From Dipteris shenzhenensis (Eukaryota), in NCBI GenBank assembly GCA_047967505.1, contig CM106538.1: a stretch of 64,000 bases of DNA. One strand, 5' to 3'. This document shows positions 25,130-35,125 of the stretch, piece after piece. The notes under the pieces were generated by a model that saw only the letters and a program-made list of their open reading frames with translations, ran no database searches and was not told where the DNA came from. The position numbers and the translations under genes were made by a program. Within the stretch, counting starts at the first letter, position 1, and each line of letters opens with the position of its first letter.

Positions 25130-28000
25130 CCACACACACACACACACACATTTTTCTCACAAAGAAATTTCTCTCTCTCTCTCTCTCACACACACACATT
25201 AAAGATTTAATAAAAAATATATATATTCTAAATATTTGAGAATTTCTAATGATAATTTCTAAATAATTAAGATTTAATTTTTTCGTACAACCAACCCCCT
25301 AGGTATGGGACTATCCCTCCTTAATTTCTCAATATAAAATGTTTTCCCCCCTCTCCCTCTCCTTTTTCTTTACCTAATAATCCCCTTTTTTTGAATGCAT
25401 AAGATTTATCCTAAAACCCCCTAGTACCCATTTATAAATTCTTTATTTGACTCTTTTTATGATATATATATGTGTATTAACTTGTTTAGTTGCTTTTATT
25501 ATTTACTTTTAAAACCCCCTTTTTTTACCCTCTTGTTCTACTCCTTCTCTTCCCCGAATGAATCACCCCTAACTATTCCCTCTTTGATTGTCTCCCCCTC
25601 TTTAATTTGGTCATTTTATTTATTAGGAAAAGCCATCCTCAATTGGGTGAACCCCCTTTTTTTCCCCTTCACCCCAAAACCCTCATGAAACCCCCTTTAC
25701 TCGCCCCTTTAAACACCCCCTTATTTGTTACTTTTTAAGAAAAACCCTCTAATATATTTAGACTACCCCTAGTAACTTAAACTTCCCACTTTTCTAAACT
25801 AATCCTAACCGTTCGTGCCTAACTCCAACCTATCCCTACCCCTATTCCTACGTTACCTACCCCTATCCTTGCTTTACTAGCTTGCTCCCTACTTTAACTC
25901 CTATGTGAGCACCGCCTTGCATGTTCATGCCTCTACTCTAAATAGCGTGTGTTCACTCCTTTAGAGTTCTTGCACTGCCCATGATTCTTGGTGGTTTCTC
26001 CTTCCCCTTATTTAGCCAGCTCTCACCTTATACAAAGCTCTTTGGTTTTCTACTGGCTCGTGCATTACTCTCCTAGTGTCCCTTACTCCTTTGCCTTAGC
26101 CCTATGTCTCGTCGATAACACTCAGCTCCTTCCTACATGGCATCCTTGCTTCTAGCTCTTCTCGACAGTCCACGTTCCTTCTTTATCAACCTTCTCTCGT
26201 CGCTGCCCTTCATTGGACGACCTCTTTCTCGGGCAAGCTACTCTTACTGAACTTCTTGTAATAAACGAACCACTGGCAACTGTCTCTTTCTCACGTCATT
26301 TAACCTCATGTATTGTGTGCCACCCCTTTTATGTAGTTGTCAGTTGGTTGGAGCTTGGGGATTTCTGGGTTGTTAGTTGCTTGGAGCTTCGAAACCATTC
26401 ATTGATGCTGTTGATTGATTGCCTCTACGCTCACAATCGCCTTTGTCTTGTTCACTACAGAGGCTTTTCTCCCTTCTCAACTACTAGTGTGTTGATCAAT
26501 GACCTTTGAGTCCCGCTTGCTAGCTTGTTATGACTCCCTTTTTCTGGCCTTCTCTTAGAAGCTCGCTGTGTTTTTCCACTGCACTTTAGTTGGATAGCTT
26601 CTCAGCCCCCTGCTTCTCTGGTGCTTGGTGTGCTTTTGCATGTTCCTCTACTAGCATTCGGCTCACCATGCCTCTTCTGAGCAACCTCTCTTACGTACTC
26701 CCTTTTTCTTTCTTACTGATTCTTCCACGTGCTTAGTTTACTGTTAACACAATGTCTACGGTCTTGTAATGCATTCTGTTGCGCCAGCCTTCGCTTATCC
26801 TTCTCTTCTTTCATGTTCTTGCCATGAAAAGGCCCTCTTTTAGCTCTTCTTTGCTTGCTTGCCATCTCAGCTAGTCGTGGTTCCCTTTGCACTTACTTGT
26901 TGCACCTCGACGCCTCTATATGTAGTTGCGACCATCTTTTTTCCTTCACCAAATTGACTCCTTGCTGTACTTTCGAAGTGATCTTTCCGCGACTTCTATG
27001 GTTTGGAGGTGTTGTTGCATGGCTCTTACGTTTTTTAGCTGAGTCAACTGTATGGTTGACTATGGCTCTTGTTTTAAGTATAAGTACCTTGGTTAGTTTT
27101 TACTATGGTTGGTCATAAGGGCCTTAGTTTCCTTTGTCTTTTTATGTCTTTCTTCTTGTTAAGTTTGCTTATAGGTAATGTAGTGCCCTATTCCATTGTA
27201 GTGCCCTATTCCATGGAAATTGTTGCATAAGTATTTTGTTTCCTTAAGATTATAGCTGCGCTTGTAATTATTTCTTACTTTTTAAGGTCTTATTTTTAGT
27301 GACTTGTATATAATTATTGTCTTTAAACTGTGTTCTTATGAGAACACTTATAATCCCCCCCTTTTTTTTATGCATGTATAAATGTACATAAATAAATACC
27401 TTTGGTCGTCTTCAAAATTTTGTTTTTAGCCTTTCACTTTTCATAGTTAAAATTAAATTTACTTCCTTGTTTCTTTTAATGTGTCCATTAAATACTTACA
27501 AATAATTAATTGACTTAATGGAAGTTTTCCTTTTATGTAAGGATTTGTGGCTACATTTTAAAAGGATGACTTTATTTAATTTTTCTATTTAATTAACTAA
27601 GGATGTGGACTAGATGCTCCTTTGCTTTTTAGAGTTATGTCCTCTCATTTGGGCTTGTAGTACCCTCAATACCTTTCATTTTTTTTCATTAATAGTTTTC
27701 ATTAATTTGTAATAATTTGTTCTTAAACAATTCTCTTTGCTCATTAATTCCTCATTTAATTCATGGTCAAATTATATGTTTCTCATTTATTTTCGTGACT
27801 AATTATAGTTTTTACAAAGTAAGTTAGGCATTTTTTGGTGGCCCCCCTTAAATAGTTGGGCACCTAGTTGTTTAAACTACTTTAAGTTTTTTATTCCCCC
27901 ATTAACTAGTGGGGCACTTAGTTATATAACTATTGTAATAGGTACACTTTATTTCAAGTGAGTGGATCACCCCATTAAATAGTTGTGCTCCTAAGTTATA
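25130..28000 (+). repeat. Unclassified ~2.8-kb pyrimidine-rich repeat, copy 2, cut at 28000 by a DNA transposon insertion
   Basis: Matches copy 1 up to CTAAGTTATA. Copy 1 continues TAACTATTGAAGG, whereas copy 2 switches to GGGAAGTAGC. Confidence 0.9.
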
Positions 28001-29280
28001 GGGAAGTAGCAAGCTAAGGGTGTCCACTTTTTGTTCACTCCCCAATCCTTAGGAGGTGGAAAAACAAGCTTTTTAGCACACAAAAATGCAAATCTCACCT
28101 ACTTCCCTATGGATCTAGTCTTTGAAGTCTTCTGACACAACATCACACTTGCTATTGTGCACACAATCGTATAGTCTGATCGAAAATTCGATGCACACAC
28201 AAAAAATTTCTTTGTGTCACACGGCATGGTTCCAGGGTGGTCACACATTTGTCACGAACAGAGAGTATCATATTAAATTCTAAATTTCTCACTCATTTTA
28301 GATTAAATGTTATTGAAACTTTGTAAGTGGTCTCTTTACATTATGTAGAGATTAACTTGATTTATTGGTAATTTTTTGAATGATTTATCTAATTATAAAT
28401 AATTATTTATAATAAATAAAGTCATAAAATACATGCATTTTAGTAGCACACCACATTTTTTTCGTATTTTGAATAATTAAGCAAATCCAATTCGGTGGAA
28501 GGTTAGTAGGCACATAAGGGTGTGTGGTTGAATCATTAAATCCCAAATCCAACGGTTAGATTTAGGAAGATTGAAGTTTAATTTTTACTTTTACTCCTTA
28601 GAGGATCAATAAAGAATATTAAAAATAAATCTAGTAATTCTCAAACATGACCAAACATTTCAAAAATGTCAATATTTTTAGTCCTCTGCATGATGAATAA
28701 GAGGAAAAATTTTTGGTTAAATTTGAGTAAGGGAAACGTACGATATGGCCTCCAAGAGTGAAATCTCCCTTTTGTGGGGGAAAAAGGGCCACCCAAGCCT
28801 AATACCAAGACAAGGTAGGCTTGGTATTAGGCTTGGTGAGGTAGGCTAGGAGCATCACCGACCCTAGTGGCAAGCCTTTGGAGTGTGCATGCTGCCCATG
28901 TGGAAGGCTGAGTCATCTATTTTTGCCTTGCAACCATGCCACGTTATTAGACCACGTGGTGCCATGTCATCAAGGAGATGTGACATCACTCCTTGCCATG
29001 TCACCTTACATTGCCACACGTGCTGCCACATGTGCCACCTCATCATTCCACATCATGAGCCATGTCATCACACCTTGCCACCTTGGCATACCTCGTCAAC
29101 CTTGCCACATCACCAATCCCTCCACCTCAATTTGCCATGTCAATCTACCACCTCATGAATGCCAACTCATCATGCCACATCACCTTTCCACGTCATGGAA
29201 GAGACTATATTGCCACATCATGACCATGCATGGTGCCACATCAGCCACATGTATATACATCACGATGTGCGAGGCATAGA

Positions 29281-29458
29281 ATACCTCGATCGAGGTATAT
29301 GACCTGCGTGAGGCATAGAATACCTCGATCGAGGTATATGACCGAGGGGTATGTGCTATGACCGAGGGGTACCTCGATCGAGGTTTATATCTGCGTGAGG
29401 CATTGAATACCTCGATCGAGGTATATGACCTGGGCATAGCATACCTCGATCGAGATAT
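29281..29458. repeat. Array of five 18-bp palindromes ATACCTCGATCGAGGTAT
   Basis: Perfect copies at 29281, 29320 and 29407; near-perfect copies at ~29369 and 29441. Confidence 0.95.
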
Positions 29459-29703
29459 TTGTAGGTACAAAACTGGAATAAAATCAAACGATGCAAATAT
29501 TCGAAATTAACGTTGGATTCCAACCAATTAGTTTCAATCTTAGCACCTTCTCCACCAATAATAATGAAGAGCAATCTAAGAGCAATCTAGCGGATGAGTT
29601 GAGGCTCTTTATAAGACACCACGTTTTGGTTCATTTCACCCATTCTTAGCCATTCTTGCCTCCTCACCACTTTGTCACACCTTCCATCCTACTTTCATTG
29701 AGA

Positions 29704-32642
29704 ATGGGTTCTCAAAGCCGTAGAGCTAGTAGACGTGAAAGATGTAGGAACCCCCCCCCAAATCTCATTGACGAGGAGCGCAAGCGGAAGGCTCGTGAGC
29801 GCAAGAGAGCCTCTAGAGCTAGAGATCGTGCTGCCACCACCGATCCACCTCCACCTCTACCTCTACATCCCACCTCCACCTCCACCTCCACCCCCACCCC
29901 CACCCCCACCCCCACCTCCATTGCTCCCCTACCTCTAGCCTCCGCCCTTCCCCTAGCCACCTACATTTTGGCCTCCACCTCTACCTCTTCCCCCTCCACC
30001 CTCCCCACCCTCCCCCCTCCCCCTCCCCCTCCCCCTCCCCCCGTTCCCCTTGGCACCTCCCTTCCCCCGTCCACCCTACCATCTCCCATTGATCCCCTTG
30101 CCCCACCTTGCAGTAGCAGTGTTGCTTCACGACGTGACTTGCCGAAGTCCACTATCTGTCGTCGTACTAGCAAGATTGTGCAGTCTTTTTTTTGTGACCT
30201 CATGCCAGCTTCATAGTCTTCTCTTCTCATGTCCTTGATTGATCACCCTGACTTGGTAGAGTGTAGGAAGCTTGCTGGTCTTGGTGCACGTAGAGATAGG
30301 GTTGTATCTAGCGAGGTCCTTAGCAGTGTTCGACGTTCCTATGCTTCTATTAAGCATAGGAACTCCAGTGATGCCTTGGCAGCACGTCCTGCTATTGTGG
30401 CTGCCATTAGTAGACCTCATATGATAGGCCATGTGCGTACCGCTTCACATCTTCTTCAGATTGCACCGCGCACATTGCGAGCAGGCATGATTAGGAGGCA
30501 GAGTCTAGAGGATAGTGAGACTGATGCTCTTTGGGCTTCGAGTGGTCGTGCACCTCGCAACGATCGATTGTTGGATGATTCCACTAGGTCCTTCATACAA
30601 CAGATTTGGGAGGAGCATTGCAGAGCATCCCTAGTGTTCAAGAAGGCATTGCAGAAGAGGGTGTCATGCGGTGTGTACATTGAGCATGGTGCATGTTTTT
30701 TGGAGTGTACCCAGACTGAGTTGTATACTCAGTTTGTAGAGGCGCACCCGAAGTTTAGGATTGGGCAGAGGTCATTTGAGCGATGCAGGCCATGGTTTGT
30801 GCGATGCTCTCAGGAGCGTGACACATGCTGTTGTCGCTACCATGTGGATTTTGAATTGATGTATGATGTATTCCGTTCCCTTGATGGTCATAGGGGAGTG
30901 GTTCCTACTAGCCCTCGCGATTTCATTCATTCCATATTGTGTACACGAGATGGTGATGCTTTATTCCACTCCCTTGACTGTGTGGAAGGCAGGTGTACTT
31001 TGTGTGGTGACTTTGCTAGAGTGCCACGAGTTGCACTAGATACTTGTGATGTGCAGATGGTTCATTGGCAGCAGTATGAGTATAGTACCTTGACATTAGA
31101 TGGTGGTGCACAGTCGAGGAGGTTGCAGCTTGTGGGGAAGGAGACACCACGTGTTGTATTCATTGACAGTTTTTGAGGGAAGCTGTACCGCTACATACGC
31201 CACTCGCACACTGCGAAATGGGAGGATCGTCAGTTCCGTGCATGTTTGAGGACATTTCCTACAGGGGTGGTTGTCTCAGTGGTGGACTTTGCGGAGAATT
31301 ACACCTTTGCACCACAGCATGAGATCCAATCGGAGTATTATTTCTCCGAACAGGTGACGTGTGATTGAGTATTGATTTTTTCCCCGCCTCATTATATTGA
31401 ATTATTTCAATAGTCATATTTTTTTTCAATGCCATATTACAGGTTGCTATATTTGTGCACATTAGCTATCGTCATGCACAGGCTCATGTGGATGGCATTG
31501 ATAGCACCATGGACTCACGCGTCATTGTGCGAGAGTATCACTTCTACATTAGTGATGATCGATCACATGATGCCCATTTTGTGCAGCATTGCTTCACTTT
31601 GCATGATAGTTTCTTGAGAGATCATGGTGTCACATGGCAGCGGCGCTGGATCTGGTCAGACGGCTGTGGTGGTCAGTTCAAATTCGCTAGACAGTTTTAT
31701 TGGTTCTGCAGATGGCACCGTGAGACAGGCATTCCGATCACATGGAGCTACTTCGAGACAGGGCACGGTAAGGGAGAGCACGATGGTGCAGGTGCTTGCC
31801 TGAAGCGTGCTTTGCATCGATACTAGTTGCGTCACAGTGCCGATCGCTTCAAGGATGCACATGATGTGGTGCGGTGGTGCAGCCAGCACTTATCCACTAG
31901 TGCTATCTCCTCGTTTCAGTCGCGTGACGATAGGGTGGTGTGCCGGTATTTTTGGTGCGTGGACATTGGGAGTCTTGATCAGTCTAGGCCTTTTGATTGT
32001 CGTTCAGTGTCTGGCACTCTTGATTTCCATTCCATCAGGAGCATAGGTGAGTCTCACCCCGTGATCTTTTCTCGACGGTTTGCATGTTTTTGCTCTGCAT
32101 GCATTGATGATGATTGGGGAGGGTGCTCCATGATACCATGGGCCGATCCATGGGTACGGCGAGTGCTTTCTCCCTTCCAGCCTTGGGAGGAGGTACATGA
32201 TGATTAGGATGTGGGATTCAGTTCCTCTAGAGATTATGACCAGCTTACATATATTTTGTGTATTGGTGATATCTTCGCGGTTATTGCTTCGGAGGGCAAT
32301 GAGGAGGGTGTGGATTATTACTTGTTGCGATGCTCTATGCTGAAGAGTGTGCTGAATGAGGATACAGTGGATGGGCATGGGATGCACTTCAATGCTCATA
32401 GCATGATCGTAGGTGGCCACTATTTTCAACAGATACAGAAGCGTGGTCGCTATATTGAGTTCCAGGAGTACATGGCGGATCAGGAGGCATACATGTATTC
32501 TCATCTTGTTGTTGCGATCAAGATTACTTTGAGTCGTGTTCGCACTCGCAAGACAACGTCCACTCCATGATGGCGCCTTGCAGTGGCGGATCACGAGAGC
32601 ATACTTGCAACTATTGGCATGAGAGCTGATCCTGAGGAGTAG
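29704..32642 (+). pseudogene. Transposase (Sola2-like DDD type), ~949 aa, exons 29704-31353 and 31443-32642, five in-frame stops, no frameshifts
   Basis: ORFs 29656-30216 and 30229-31176 share a frame. After an 89-bp GT-AG intron (31354-31442), ORFs 31455-31826, 31827-32207 and 32211-32570 share a frame. Motifs: basic NLS-like stretch, Pro/Thr-rich linker, CCCRYH, DFAENY (31285), SDDRSHD, WSDGCGGQFK (31659), YFETGHGKGEHDGAG (31782), CFCSAC. Confidence 0.88.
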
Positions 32643-32974
32643 CACATTACATATCATATTTTTTGGGATCATGAGTTGATCAGATTGATTTTTATTGGGT
32701 ATCACTAGTTGATTACACATTTTTGTATTCGATATATATAGGCTCACTGTGTGATCGTACCATTGTAATTTTCATGGACTCATATTTTGTATTTCACTCT
32801 GATGGTTGTATACACGTTCATACACATCATTGTATTAGATTCTATTTTATACATGATGTCTGATGTCTTCTCAATGGGATTTGTTGTGTTTGTAAAACAA
32901 AAAATTATTTATTAGTAGTAATGTTGTAATTTGTTTTGTGCTTTAGGACATTTTAAAAACGTGACTAAGAAAAT

Positions 32975-33726
32975 TCGCGCACGTACTAACAAAATACGCG
33001 TGTGGACTTATCTGTTGGTCCCTACTAGCACGACTACGTATGAAAAATGGTGCACGTACTAACGAAATACGCATATGGACATTTCTGTTGGGGATGAAAC
33101 TTTGCACGACTCTTAGGTCACCATAGACATACATCCATGCAAGATTTGGTCTCCAACTGATTTGGTATGCGCCACGTAAAGGTATAATGCGTACATTTTT
33201 ACAATCCCTACTAGCACGACTGCGGCAAAGCTATGGTGCACGTACTAATGAAATACACATGTGGACTTATCTGTTGGGGATGAAACTTCGCACGACTCTT
33301 AGGCCACCCTAGACATACATCCATGCGAGATTTGGTCTCGAACTGATTTGGTATGCGCCACGTGGAAGGTACAATGCGTACATTTTTACAATCCCTACTA
33401 GCACGACTGCGGCAAAGCTATGGCGCACGTACTAACGAAATACACGTGTGGACTTATCTATTGGGGATGAAACTTCGCATGACTCTTAGGCCACCCTAGA
33501 CATACATCCACGCAAGATTTGGTCTCGAACTGATTTGGTATGCGCCACATGGAAGGTATAATGCATACATTTTTACAATCCCTACTAGCACGACTACGTA
33601 TGAAAAATGACGCACGTACTAACGAAATATGCATGTGGACTTATTTTTTGGAGATTAAACTTTGCACAGCTCTTAGGCTACCGTAGACGTACATCCATGC
33701 AAGATTTGGTGTCCAACTGATTTGGT
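32975..33726 (+). repeat. Tandem repeat, 186-187-bp unit, ~4 copies
   Basis: TCCCTACTAGCACGAC recurs at 33019, 33205, 33392 and 33579; the last unit is truncated. Confidence 0.95.
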
Positions 33727-34228
33727 CTGGGGTTCAGATACAGTTGCATAGATACACTGATGCTGATTGGGCTGGTAGTATTTCTGATAGATGATCTACC
33801 AGTGGATATGTGTTCTCTTTTGGGAGTGCTGCAGTCACTTGGAGCAGCAAGAAACAACCTACAATTGCCTTGTCGAGCACAGAGACTGAGTACAGGGGCG
33901 CAGCAATGGCTTTATGTGAGGTAGCTTGGTTGCATAAGCTACTTTATGATATGCATCACTCCACAGATGGGCCAGTTGTCATTTATTGTGACAAGATGAG
34001 CAGTATACACTTGGCAAATAACCCAGTCTATCATGCTAGAACAAAGCACATTGAGGTGCATTATCACCATGTGCAGGAAAAGGTTTTACTAGGTCTTATT
34101 GATCTAGTTTATGTCAGCATAGAAAATTAGGTAGCTGACATGTTTATGAAGGCATTGGGTGCAGAGAAGCTGCGCAAGTTCAAAGACCTGCTTGGTGTGC
34201 AGGAATTGGGATTGAGCTCGAGGGGGAG
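33727..34228 (+). mobile_element. 3' fragment (RNase H + PPT) of an upstream Copia-2 copy sharing the LTR at 34229
   Basis: Near-identical to 38890-39386 ([24 protein letters not shown]); ends in PPT GAGGGGGAG. Confidence 0.92.
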
Positions 34229-34581
34229 TGTTGAGATATCGAGCTCCACTCGTGATATGCCAGGGTGACCATTGTGCATTTATGTCACCGACTTGTTAGC
34301 TGCAGATGCGGTTGGTACACCGCTGATGAATAATAGCTGGATGACAGCTATCCTTATGTATTCTAGTTTGTGGCTCAGTTAGTATGCCACCTTAGTTAGC
34401 TGAGTTTGGTTTGAGACCCACATATAGGGTTCTTCTATTTCTTTGTACTAGAGTTCTTTTGGCTTTCACAACTAAGAAGAGGAAAACTAGTTTTCAGCCT
34501 CCACCTTTGTGTGTATTCCCCCATTGTGTATGTGAGAAAGCCACAAGTGAGACTCCTTCCTTCTCTCCCACTATCTTCACA
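34229..34581 (+). repeat. Copia-2 LTR, shared between two tandem copies
   Basis: TGTTGAGATATC...ATCTTCACA, preceded by a PPT and followed by a PBS. Confidence 0.95.
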
Positions 34582-35125
34582 TGGTATCAGAGCCTGGTTC
34601 ATGGTAAGGAGCTCAAGAAAGCAAACCAAGTTCGCGGTGTCCTGGTAAGAGGACCAGTGTTGCTTTCCTTTTTCGAGTTTGGGAGCAAATCTTTGCAGGT
34701 AGCACAGCCAGAAAGTGCAAGAGTGCATTGTCTCAGATTGAGACGCCCTTCGTGGTGTGGCGAGAGGGCAGTATATGCTAGGGGTCAGGGCAAGGCCCTA
34801 GGTGACTTTATTTTTCTGATTCGAGGCCATTTCGGGGCCCGTTTTGGAGGCAGAAGTTCTCCGCAACCACTAAGAAAAAGGCCCTATTTTTGCTGTGCGA
34901 CCACTGCTCTTCAGATCGATGAAAAGTTGCCGCAGAAATTGCATCGTATGCCTGTGCGCAGAGATATTGGGAGTTACAGAATCATCCTTATTGCCTGTTC
35001 ATGCAAAATCGTCACTAGGAAGTGACTGTGTGGTCAAATACCACTTTCGTCAGTTTTGCAGATTTGCCCTTGTGAGGCAGAAGCTGTTTTTTTTGTAGTG
35101 ATAGAATATTTTGCAGTGTTCTATA

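Larger units (their letters stand above)
28001..33726 (+). mobile_element. DNA transposon with Sola2-like DDD transposase; left end intact (5'-GGG), right end deleted
   Basis: The left breakpoint is defined by loss of homology to repeat copy 1. The element contains a transposase gene, a palindrome array and tandem repeats, and is abruptly joined to Copia RNase H sequence at 33727. The superfamily call rests on remembered motifs and needs an HMM check. Confidence 0.75.

Noticed and set aside
29281-29458. CRISPR-like appearance of regularly spaced palindromes
   Set aside because: Spacers are short and repeat each other, there are no cas genes, and the context is a eukaryotic transposon.
32004-32747. 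247-aa minus-strand ORF
   Set aside because: Antisense shadow of the transposase C-terminal exon; no motifs.
34411-35025. 204-aa ORF (and the 39569-40153 ORF with the same start)
   Set aside because: Begins at TTG within the Copia-2 LTR and reads into leader or microsatellite; spurious.
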